Virus record (IMG/VR): IMGVR_UViG_3300032323_001214
Span: 124,001 to 188,000 of that record
DNA length: 64,000 nucleotides
Reading direction: 5' to 3' (one strand)
The translations under genes were made by a program, and so were the position numbers. A model generated the notes under the pieces. That model saw only the letters and a program-made list of their open reading frames with translations. It searched no databases and was not told the DNA's origin. Below, piece by piece: positions 8,752-16,524 of this stretch; position 1 is the first letter of the stretch, and each line of letters opens with the position of its first letter.

Positions 8752-8769
8752 TTGTCATCGTATTGTCAC
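8752..8769 (+). promoter_or_regulatory. Pho box (PhoB site) upstream of pstS
   Basis: TTGTCAT-cgta-TTGTCAC: two 7-bp repeats at 11-bp spacing matching the CTGTCAT-N4-CTGTCAC consensus; a weaker third half-site GTTTCAC lies at 8741. Confidence 0.8.
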
Positions 8770-8820
8770 AATTCTTGAAGTAAATACTTGTGTAATACTA
8801 ACACACAAGGAGACTATTAC

Positions 8821-9828
8821 ATGAAAAAACTAACAGCACTATTAGGTGCATTGTTAATATCAACTGTTGCATTCAGTGCAGACATAACAGGTGCAGGTGC
8901 TACCTTCCCATTCCCAATCTATGCCAAGTGGGCAGAAGCCTACAAGAAAGAAACTGGCATTGGGCTTAACTATCAATCAATTGGATCATCCGGCGGCATT
9001 CGTCAAATCAATGCTCGCACAGTGACTTTTGGTGCTACAGACGCTCCAGTCAAGGGCGAAGACTTAGACAAGCAGGGACAGGTGCAGTTTCCTGCTATCA
9101 TCGGCGGAACAGTTCCTGTAGTAAACTTAGATGGTTTTAAACCAGGTGAACTACGCATCACTGGACCAGTTATGGCAGAAGTGTTCTTGGGCACGATCAA
9201 TCGTTGGAATGATCCTAAACTAACAGCATTAAATCCTGGCAAAGCATTGCCAAACGCAGAAATCACAGTGGTGCACCGCGCTGATGGAAGTGGTACAACA
9301 TTTAACTGGACAGACTATCTTGCCACAGTCAGCCCCGAATGGTTACAACGTGCAGGTCGTGGTGCTACAATTAAATGGCCAGCTGCTAGTTCAGTAGGCG
9401 GCAAAGGCAACGAAGGTGTTGCTGCCAACGTGGCCAGAATCAAAGGTAGCATCGGTTATGTAGAGTATGCTTATGTTAAGAAAAACAATATGACTTTTCT
9501 ACAAATACAGAACAAAGCAGGTCGTTGGGTCAGTCCAGATGACTTGACATTTGCCGCAGCCGCTGACGGTGCTGATTGGTTCAGTGTTCCAGGTATGGGA
9601 TTGAGCATTGTGGATCAACGCAATCCCAATGCTTGGCCAGTGAGTTCTGCCAGTTTCATCATCATGTACAAGGATCCTGCTGACAAAAAAGCCAGTCAAG
9701 AAGTGTTGAAGTTTTTTGATTGGGCATTCCGCAACGGCAAGAAAGATGCTATTGATTTAGACTATGTACCATTGCCCGATGCATTGACACGCCAGATCCG
9801 TGAACGTGTTTGGACACAGATCAAATAA
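8821..9828 (+). CDS. pstS: Phosphate ABC transporter periplasmic binding protein PstS
   Basis: Signal peptide; ITGAGATFP.PIY.KW, YQSIGSSGGI, FGATDAP, HRADGSGTTF, GKGNEGVA, IGYVEYAY; GGAG Shine-Dalgarno before ATG 8821. Confidence 0.97.
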   Translation: MKKLTALLGALLISTVAFSADITGAGATFPFPIYAKWAEAYKKETGIGLNYQSIGSSGGIRQINARTVTFGATDAPVKGEDLDKQGQVQFPAIIGGTVPVVNLDGFKPGELRITGPVMAEVFLGTINRWNDPKLTALNPGKALPNAEITVVHRADGSGTTFNWTDYLATVSPEWLQRAGRGATIKWPAASSVGGKGNEGVAANVARIKGSIGYVEYAYVKKNNMTFLQIQNKAGRWVSPDDLTFAAAADGADWFSVPGMGLSIVDQRNPNAWPVSSASFIIMYKDPADKKASQEVLKFFDWAFRNGKKDAIDLDYVPLPDALTRQIRERVWTQIK

Positions 9829-9876
9829 ACCGCACACAAGATAGAGTGTGGCTGGAACTCGTAACCAGCATTTTTT
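9829..9876 (+). ncRNA. Two-hairpin element, copy 1, ending in a U-tract (terminator or attenuator)
   Basis: CGCACACAAGATAGAGTGTG-GCTGGAACTCGTAACCAGC-ATTTTTT; near-duplicate at 11520. Confidence 0.5.
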
Positions 9877-9891
9877 AAGGTTGGGAAAATT

Positions 9892-10734
9892 GTGAAAACA
9901 TACCGTTCAATCTTTGTCAGCGATGTTCATCTAGGTACTAAAGACTGCCAAGCGGACAAGTTGAACAATTTTCTCAAACACAACACCTGTGACGCATTGT
10001 ATCTTGTGGGTGATATAATAGATGCTTGGCGCATACAACAAAACAAATGGCGTTGGAAACAAAGTCATACCAATGTTGTTCGTAGGGTGTTGGGTCATGC
10101 TAAACGTGGCACTAAAGTCGTTTATATTGCAGGCAACCACGATGAGTTTTTAAGACCAATGATACCTTATGGTTTTAGTTTTGGTCTAGTAGAAATACAC
10201 AATCAAATAGAACACATAGGTGCTGACGGCAAACACTATCTAGTCACACACGGAGACTTGTTCGACGGTATCACTAGACTAGCACCTTGGCTGGGATTTT
10301 TAGGTGACAAGGCCTACGATTTTATTCTATATATAAACGGTAAGTTCAACTGGATACGGCACAAGATGGGTTTCGGTTATTGGTCATTGAGCAAGTATCT
10401 CAAATATAAAGTAAAAAAAGCAGTTGACTTTATGTTTCAGTTTGAAAAGAATCTTGCTGGCTACTGTAAGAAACGTGGCTTTGATGGAGTCATCTGTGGT
10501 CACATACATCACGCAGAGATTAAAGAGATAGACGGTGTTATGTATATGAATGATGGTGACTGGGTTGAGTCGTGTACTGCACTAGTTGAACACTGGGACG
10601 GACGCTGGGAAATCATAACTTGGACCAAGGAGAGAGATGATGTGGACATTGATACTACTGGCAGTTCACTTAAACGATCCAAAAGACGTGCCGGGACGAG
10701 TGGAACTCTTGTTCCAGGACCGAGCAACGTGTGA
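9892..10734 (+). CDS. plcP: PlcP-like metallophosphoesterase (LpxH2 / UDP-2,3-diacylglucosamine hydrolase-like family)
   Basis: SDVHLG, LVGDIIDAW, GNHDEFLR, HGDLFD, YWSLSK..K.KVKKAV.F...FE, GVICGHIH, NDGDWVESCTALVE; full-length resemblance to PlcP rather than the shorter LpxH. Confidence 0.75.
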   Translation: MKTYRSIFVSDVHLGTKDCQADKLNNFLKHNTCDALYLVGDIIDAWRIQQNKWRWKQSHTNVVRRVLGHAKRGTKVVYIAGNHDEFLRPMIPYGFSFGLVEIHNQIEHIGADGKHYLVTHGDLFDGITRLAPWLGFLGDKAYDFILYINGKFNWIRHKMGFGYWSLSKYLKYKVKKAVDFMFQFEKNLAGYCKKRGFDGVICGHIHHAEIKEIDGVMYMNDGDWVESCTALVEHWDGRWEIITWTKERDDVDIDTTGSSLKRSKRRAGTSGTLVPGPSNV

Positions 10735-10810
10735 ACAAAGTTTACAAACTATGACATATTGGTTAAAGTTTAGTCAATTCAAGATTGAAGGAAAGTGCGT
10801 AAAGAAATGA
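10637..10810 (+). CDS. 57-aa protein overlapping the plcP 3' end (not in the ORF track)
   Basis: AAGGAG Shine-Dalgarno; MMWTLILLAVHLNDPKDVPGRVELLFQDRATCEQSLQTMTYWLKFSQFKIEGKCVKK; ATGA-coupled to the GT2 gene. Confidence 0.65.
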   Translation: MMWTLILLAVHLNDPKDVPGRVELLFQDRATCEQSLQTMTYWLKFSQFKIEGKCVKK

Positions 10811-11517
10811 AACTGAGTGAAAAAATTACCATTGTTGTTCCTTGCAAGAATGAGGAAAACTATATTGCACATTTGCTAATGCATTTACGCCAGCAAAATA
10901 TAGGTGATACTAGAATTATCATCGCTGATTGTTCTACAGACTCAACAAGACAAGTTATACAAAACAACAGTACTGGATTGAATGTTGAAATTATTGAAGG
11001 CGGTCCTGTTAGTATTGCCAAAAACAACGGGGCACGTTTGGTCACTACGCCCTACATCCTGTTTATCGATGCGGACGTTCGCTTCTTTAAGAACACTGTA
11101 ATTCGTGACGCTGTTGACACAATTGAATCAAAGAATTTGGATCTTATCGGATTGAGTATCAAATGTTATGACAAGGACCCGAGAGCCAAGCTTGGGTTTA
11201 TTATTTTCAACACTATAAATCATGCATTAAAGTATTTCTCTCCTTTTGCAGTAGGAGCATTTATGCTGACACGCAGAGATCGGTTTGAAGAATTTGGTGG
11301 GTTTCCCGAAAAGTTTTCAACATCAGAGGATTATTTCTTATCAAAACTGTACAGTCCAAAAAAGTTTAGAATCATCAAACACCACTTTGGGCAAGACAGT
11401 CGCAGATTCAAGAAGATGGGCTACTTTGGCATGGCTCAGTATCTTGTGAAAAATTTTGTAAACCGCAACAACAAAGCCTACTGGGAAAATTTAGATTCCA
11501 CTCGATACTGGAATTAA
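10807..11517 (+). CDS. Family 2 glycosyltransferase
   Basis: ITIVVPCKNEE, IIADCS, NNGARLVTTPYILFIDAD (DxD), FEEFGGF, SEDY, DSRRF. Confidence 0.9.
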   Translation: MKLSEKITIVVPCKNEENYIAHLLMHLRQQNIGDTRIIIADCSTDSTRQVIQNNSTGLNVEIIEGGPVSIAKNNGARLVTTPYILFIDADVRFFKNTVIRDAVDTIESKNLDLIGLSIKCYDKDPRAKLGFIIFNTINHALKYFSPFAVGAFMLTRRDRFEEFGGFPEKFSTSEDYFLSKLYSPKKFRIIKHHFGQDSRRFKKMGYFGMAQYLVKNFVNRNNKAYWENLDSTRYWN

Positions 11518-11519
11518 AA

Positions 11520-11560
11520 TTGCACACAATATAGAGTGTTGCTGAACCTCGTATCCAGTA
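11520..11560 (+). ncRNA. Two-hairpin element, copy 2
   Basis: TTGCACACAATATAGAGTGTTGCTGAACCTCGTATCCAGTA, directly after the GT2 stop codon. Confidence 0.45.
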
Positions 11561-11598
11561 CTAATCCACTGTTAACATAGACACATACATAATTTTGG

Positions 11599-11627
11599 TT
11601 GACATAAATACCATAATATGCTATAAT
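11599..11627 (+). promoter_or_regulatory. Consensus sigma70 early promoter
   Basis: TTGACA-N17-TG-extended TATAAT. Confidence 0.85.
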
Positions 11628-11633
11628 GTCACT

Positions 11634-11882
11634 ATGAAAATAAAACACGCAATCGACTTCCAAACGTTGGATCTAAAACGTGAGTTAGATTCAATTGGGT
11701 ACAATCCTGACCTTAAAAAAATGTACAACAATATTACTAATATGGTCACTGAATTGAGTAAACTTGAAGTCACTGCCCGTAGAATCAACAGAGACAGTTA
11801 TACCAGTCCATTGTTAGAAAAAATCAATTTGGCTATTGATCACCTTGAAAAACTGATTCTTATGGCTAAATTAATGAAATAG
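11634..11882 (+). CDS. Hypothetical protein, probably leaderless
   Basis: ATG 7 nt after the -10 box; 82-aa helical ORF. Confidence 0.7.
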   Translation: MKIKHAIDFQTLDLKRELDSIGYNPDLKKMYNNITNMVTELSKLEVTARRINRDSYTSPLLEKINLAIDHLEKLILMAKLMK

Positions 11883-11883
11883 G

Positions 11884-11912
11884 TTGACAATAAATCCAAA
11901 TAGTGATACAAT
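11884..11912 (+). promoter_or_regulatory. Early promoter of the TTGACAATAAAT family
   Basis: TTGACA-ataaatccaaatagtga-TACAAT. Confidence 0.85.
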
Positions 11913-11945
11913 ACATGTATTGACACTGAAATCAAGGATTAACAA

Positions 11946-12254
11946 ATGGCACTGACTCCACTCACAGAACGTCAAAAAACTCTGATTGTCTCTAACGTAG
12001 TTAAGGCATGCAAGAATATTGACAATCTGAACAAAACGGGTTACAAGTATATCAACCTTTGTTCTGGGTTCATTGCACACTACGACCTGTATGGTTTCAT
12101 TGCAGCCTACAGCACTCCAAATTCTCTCAAGCGTGATATCATATCTTACGCAGGACAGAATCAATGGAACAACTTTCGCCCCGGCGAACGTGACTACGAA
12201 TACATGATGGCAAAGAAGGATGTGTACAACCGCATCATTGCCCAAATCATGTAA
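11946..12254 (+). CDS. Hypothetical early protein
   Basis: AAGGA Shine-Dalgarno; 102-aa ORF behind its own promoter. Confidence 0.8.
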   Translation: MALTPLTERQKTLIVSNVVKACKNIDNLNKTGYKYINLCSGFIAHYDLYGFIAAYSTPNSLKRDIISYAGQNQWNNFRPGERDYEYMMAKKDVYNRIIAQIM

Positions 12255-12261
12255 AATAAAT

Positions 12262-12290
12262 TTGACGATAAATCAAATTTCTGATACACT
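12262..12290 (+). promoter_or_regulatory. Early promoter
   Basis: TTGACG-ataaatcaaatttctga-TACACT. Confidence 0.75.
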
Positions 12291-12328
12291 ACACTTTCTT
12301 TCTTTTTAACACTATCTAGGAGCATATT

Positions 12329-13432
12329 ATGGCATCGCCCATCTCTGACAATCTGACAATCACTTCTGTTCAAGTCCGTAAAGCACTATTGACTGCATTC
12401 AAAGCAAAACGTCCCGTATTCTTGTGGGGCCCTCCCGGCATCGGTAAGAGTGAGGTTGTTGCCGAGGTAGCTGAGGAACTTAAAGGTCCTGTAATTGACT
12501 TGCGTATGGCACAGATGGAACCAACTGACATTCGTGGTATCCCTTACTTCAATAAAGATATCAACAAGATGGATTGGGCAGAACCAGTTGACTTGCCAAG
12601 CAAAGAGTTTGCCGCACAATATCCCATTGTTGTTTTGTTCCTTGATGAAATGAACTCAGCACCCCCAGCAGTGCAGGCTGCAGGTTATCAGTTGATTCTG
12701 AACCGTCGTGTTGGTAAGTATGTACTCCCCGATAACGTTGTTATCGTTGCGGCAGGTAATCGTGACAGTGACAAAGGTGTTACATATCGTATGCCGATGC
12801 CCCTCGCTAATCGTTTCGTTCACGTTGAAATGCGAGCCGACTTTGCTTCTTGGCAGAACTGGGCTGTGAACAAAGGCATTCACAAAGACGTTGTTGGCTA
12901 CTTGAGTTTTGCGAAACAAGACTTGTACGACTTTGATAGCAAATCTGCATCACGTGCGTTTGCTACACCTCGTAGCTGGTGCTTTGTGTCTGATTTGTTG
13001 AAGGATGAAGATGATGTTGACACCGACACATTGTTCAACCTCACTGCAGGTGCAGTCGGTGAAGGTCTTGCAGTTAAGTTTGCCGCACACCGAAAAATTG
13101 CAGGTCGTATGCCCGAGCCCTCAGATATTCTGAGTGGTAAAGTCAAGGATCTTGCTGTGAAAGAAATCTCAGCAATGTATTCGTTGACAATTTCTATGTG
13201 CTACGAATTGCGTGATGCACTCGAACACAAGAAAGTGGACAACAAAAAGTTTCACGAAATGGCAGATAACTTCTTCAACTACATCATGGCTAACTTTGAA
13301 ACTGAGTTGGTTGTTATGGGTGCAAAGATTGCATTGAAGACTTACAAACTCCCAATCGAGCCAAGTCAGTTGAAGAACTTTGACGAATTCCATAAGAAGT
13401 ACGGTAAGTACATCGTGGAGGCAGGTAACTGA
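12329..13432 (+). CDS. MoxR-like AAA+ ATPase
   Basis: Walker A GPPGIGKS, DLRMAQMEPTDIRGIP, Walker B LFLDEMN, AAGN, ANRF, ATPRSW. Confidence 0.9.
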   Translation: MASPISDNLTITSVQVRKALLTAFKAKRPVFLWGPPGIGKSEVVAEVAEELKGPVIDLRMAQMEPTDIRGIPYFNKDINKMDWAEPVDLPSKEFAAQYPIVVLFLDEMNSAPPAVQAAGYQLILNRRVGKYVLPDNVVIVAAGNRDSDKGVTYRMPMPLANRFVHVEMRADFASWQNWAVNKGIHKDVVGYLSFAKQDLYDFDSKSASRAFATPRSWCFVSDLLKDEDDVDTDTLFNLTAGAVGEGLAVKFAAHRKIAGRMPEPSDILSGKVKDLAVKEISAMYSLTISMCYELRDALEHKKVDNKKFHEMADNFFNYIMANFETELVVMGAKIALKTYKLPIEPSQLKNFDEFHKKYGKYIVEAGN

Positions 13433-13449
13433 TAGTTACATGCTTTACA

Positions 13450-13482
13450 GGGTGAGTGTAGCAATATGCTCACCCTTTTTTT
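13450..13482 (+). terminator. Intrinsic terminator
   Basis: GGGTGAGTGTA-gcaa-TATGCTCACCC followed by a T-run. Confidence 0.8.
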
Positions 13483-13495
13483 ATTAAGGATTGTT

Positions 13496-13648
13496 ATGTC
13501 AGGTAAAAAGTATTTTTATGCACTTGGTCAACGGACCCGAGCAAATGGTCTTACAAAAGATCAAGGTATGACAATGTACGCTATTGAAAAGGCACAGTTT
13601 TATGCACGGATTGCATTTGACGCAGGTTATCGAGGTTTGTCTCTATGA
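13496..13648 (+). CDS. Small hypothetical protein
   Basis: AAGGA Shine-Dalgarno before ATG 13496; the ORF-track start lies inside the terminator. Confidence 0.6.
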   Translation: MSGKKYFYALGQRTRANGLTKDQGMTMYAIEKAQFYARIAFDAGYRGLSL

Positions 13649-13929
13649 CTGAAAAAAAGAAAATGGAAGTAGTGTTCGCACCAGGCTGTTTCGACCATTT
13701 CGATGGTACGCAGGAAGAATTGGATCAATTGATTAAAGAGATTCAGGAACATGCAGAAAATGGAACTCTGTTTGAAAACTCTAATCCAGTCTCTATTGAG
13801 AATCTGTTAGAAGAATTAAGCGAGGAAGAAGTCGATGACCTGCTAAGTACCATTGAAGGATTGAAACTTGACGGTAATGAAGAATTAGGACTTGCTAACC
13901 TCAATGGTCCTCGCCGAACATTGCAATAA
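13645..13929 (+). CDS. Acidic hypothetical protein
   Basis: ATGA-coupled 94-aa ORF. Confidence 0.75.
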   Translation: MTEKKKMEVVFAPGCFDHFDGTQEELDQLIKEIQEHAENGTLFENSNPVSIENLLEELSEEEVDDLLSTIEGLKLDGNEELGLANLNGPRRTLQ

Positions 13930-13930
13930 T

Positions 13931-13959
13931 TTGACAATAAATCACGGCTGTGCTATAAT
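13931..13959 (+). promoter_or_regulatory. Early promoter of the TTGACAATAAAT family
   Basis: TTGACA-ataaatcacggctgtgc-TATAAT. Confidence 0.9.
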
Positions 13960-13983
13960 GTTAGTAACAGTTAAGGAGTATAT

Positions 13984-15258
13984 ATGAGTGCAGTAATTGA
14001 TAAATCTAAGTCTAAAAAGACACGAAGCGACAAGTTTGAAAAGCTTGTTGGACCCACTGATCCCAAAATTGACTTGCAGGCCCGTGAGCGATTGGTGACC
14101 GCACGTATTGGTCTGTTGTTGCGTCAGTCATTTTTTGGTAATCTCGCTACTCGGCTGACACTAGTAAATGCCGATGAATGGTGTAGTACTGCGGCAACTG
14201 ACGGTTTGAAATTTTATTACAACAGCCGCTTCATTATGATGTTGAAGCCTAAAGAAGTTGAATTCTTAGTTGGTCACGAGGTCCTTCACGTTGTTTACGA
14301 TCACATGGGTCGCCGAGGTACACGTGACCCGCAACTCTTTAACATTGCAAACGATTATGCAGTCAATGCCGATTTGAAGCGACACAAGGTTGGACAATTC
14401 ATTACTACTGTACCTTGCTTGTATGAGCAAAAGTATGATGGCAAATCATCAGAGGAAATTTATGATGACTTGATGAAGAATGTTCAAAAAATTGATATTA
14501 ATTCATTGGTCGACCAAATGATTGACGATCACCTAGACGGTGATGGCGAAGGTGACGGTGAGGGCGATGGTGAAGGCAATGGTAAGCGTCCCAAGATGAG
14601 TCCTGAGGAACGTGAACGTGTTCGGCAAGAAGTTAAGCAAGCAATTATCAATGCCGCACAATCAGCAGAAGCAGGTACTCTACCGCTGGGTGTTGAACGA
14701 CTAATCAAGCAACATGTTAATCCAGTAATGCCCTGGCGTGAACTGATTCAGACTAACTTGACCAGTGCTATTCGCACTGACTTTAGTTGGATGCGTCCAT
14801 CACGTAGGTCTTGGCATATGGATGCTATCATGCCCGGTATGACTCCGGGTGAAGAGATTGACGTGGTTGTTGCAATCGACATGTCAGGCTCTATTTCTAA
14901 TCATCAAGCACAAGCATTCTTGGGTGAGATTGGTGGCATGATGGATAGTTTCGATGGTTACAAGGTCCATGTGTTCTGTTTCGATACTGACACATATAAC
15001 CCGCAAGATTTTACAAGTGAGAATCTTGACTCTATTGATTCATATGAGCCAATGGGCGGTGGCGGTACTGACTTTGATTGTATTTTTGATTATTTGAAGA
15101 AAGTGGGTAATGTGCCCAAGCGGTTGATCTGCTTCACTGACGGTTACCCTTGTGGTTCTTGGGGTGATGCTGATTACTGTGACACTACATGGATCATTCA
15201 TGGTGACCCTAATCCGAATCCCCCGTTCGGTACTTATGCACTGTATGATGAAAAGTGA
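13984..15258 (+). CDS. Metallopeptidase-like domain plus VWA domain (DUF2201-like), MoxR partner
   Basis: TAATDG, HEVLH zincin motif, FNIANDYAVN, GDGE linker, VAIDMSGSI MIDAS, GGGGTDF, FTDGYP. Confidence 0.88.
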   Translation: MSAVIDKSKSKKTRSDKFEKLVGPTDPKIDLQARERLVTARIGLLLRQSFFGNLATRLTLVNADEWCSTAATDGLKFYYNSRFIMMLKPKEVEFLVGHEVLHVVYDHMGRRGTRDPQLFNIANDYAVNADLKRHKVGQFITTVPCLYEQKYDGKSSEEIYDDLMKNVQKIDINSLVDQMIDDHLDGDGEGDGEGDGEGNGKRPKMSPEERERVRQEVKQAIINAAQSAEAGTLPLGVERLIKQHVNPVMPWRELIQTNLTSAIRTDFSWMRPSRRSWHMDAIMPGMTPGEEIDVVVAIDMSGSISNHQAQAFLGEIGGMMDSFDGYKVHVFCFDTDTYNPQDFTSENLDSIDSYEPMGGGGTDFDCIFDYLKKVGNVPKRLICFTDGYPCGSWGDADYCDTTWIIHGDPNPNPPFGTYALYDEK

Positions 15259-15286
15259 TATATGATTTCATAGATGAAAGATATGG

Positions 15287-15529
15287 ATGATTAAGTCGCA
15301 TGAAGAAATAATTATTTACGAAGGTCAAGACGGCGATAAGACGATCTACTCACGCAAGAGTGGATCGTCTGACAGAACTTTGATAAAAGAAGATGCCGCA
15401 AAACATTATATCACTAGGTGGTATGACTGGCGAGAAATTCTTAAATTAGCAGAAACAGAACCTTCATTAGCAAACGCTATTAACAAAGCAGAGATGGTAT
15501 ATGCCCTCGTTAAGAAAGAACAAAACTAA
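15287..15529 (+). CDS. Hypothetical protein
   Basis: 80-aa ORF in operon context. Confidence 0.7.
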   Translation: MIKSHEEIIIYEGQDGDKTIYSRKSGSSDRTLIKEDAAKHYITRWYDWREILKLAETEPSLANAINKAEMVYALVKKEQN

Positions 15530-15875
15530 ACACTACTTGGCAATGTGGGACTCTAACGGTCTTGAATGCTTGTATGATGTTGATTTATACATGTACAAGT
15601 ATAACGAATGGGAAAAGCTAAAAGTTGTTGCTATTCTTAAAGAAGAAAAACTTCCAGAAAAGCCACCTATAATCCCATTAGCAATGATGCTACTACGTGC
15701 AAGGGTCAACAGTCAACGTGTGTATGAGATTTATGAATTCAATAGCACTCTAGGGTATGATGAACTTAAAGAAGCATTTACCGGCGATCCTCAACCAGTT
15801 GTTGAATGGGTCAGAAAGAACGGTATAAAAGTTTACAGTGACTATGTTAAACAAGATAGAAAGATGATTGTATGA
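15501..15875 (+). CDS. Hypothetical protein
   Basis: 124-aa ORF overlapping its neighbours. Confidence 0.75.
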   Translation: MPSLRKNKTKHYLAMWDSNGLECLYDVDLYMYKYNEWEKLKVVAILKEEKLPEKPPIIPLAMMLLRARVNSQRVYEIYEFNSTLGYDELKEAFTGDPQPVVEWVRKNGIKVYSDYVKQDRKMIV

Positions 15876-16282
15876 TGTATATTGGTACAAGTTTGGGTAG
15901 ATGTTTGCGTAGTATCCTCTTAGGCGAAGTGTCCGAGGATGATGTTTTATTGATTATTACTCGCACTATGACTCCTGATTTAGAAGGATTTCTTGCTGTG
16001 GTAAGACAGTACTACGATGAAGGTAATTATACATCACGTAATCCATCTGATTATGACCTTTCAGTTAAGTCTTGGGAAGAAGTAGAAGCACTTGCAACAC
16101 TTTTGTACACTACTGGCAAGATTCACCAACCTAGAAACTTTGTATCTTTAGGTAACCAGTTTGTTCATCCTGATCTACACAGTGATATTTGGGTAGAGGT
16201 ATCTCCCAAGAATCGCAACAGTACTCCTATGGTTGTCGAAGCTTATGAAAAGTATAAGATGTTGGATACACTTACAAAATGA
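15872..16282 (+). CDS. Hypothetical protein
   Basis: 136-aa ORF, ATGA overlaps at both ends. Confidence 0.8.
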   Translation: MMYIGTSLGRCLRSILLGEVSEDDVLLIITRTMTPDLEGFLAVVRQYYDEGNYTSRNPSDYDLSVKSWEEVEALATLLYTTGKIHQPRNFVSLGNQFVHPDLHSDIWVEVSPKNRNSTPMVVEAYEKYKMLDTLTK

Positions 16283-16524
16283 TTGAGTATCATATTGATC
16301 CCATCGTCTGGTTTGCTGAACGACAAGTTAGTTATCCCCCTCCTCATTTCATTACATCTATTACGGCACTGACAACAGAATCAAAACAATGGGTACTGGA
16401 TCATTTGCGTGGCAGATTTTCTATTACAATTGATTATGACAGTTTTCTTAGTATAGATTCACTGGGTCGAATTAGTTTTGAAGATCCAAGTGAAGCTACT
16501 ATTTTTGAATTAAAATGGTCATGA
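16279..16524 (+). CDS. Small protein of the FxL(K/R)W C-terminal-motif family
   Basis: Ends ISFEDPSEATIFELKWS, like the 43-45 kb array. Confidence 0.75.
   Translation: MIEYHIDPIVWFAERQVSYPPPHFITSITALTTESKQWVLDHLRGRFSITIDYDSFLSIDSLGRISFEDPSEATIFELKWS

Noticed and set aside
14540-14580. GDGE tandem microrepeat as a contingency locus
   Set aside because: It is an in-frame, codon-degenerate low-complexity linker between the peptidase and VWA domains.
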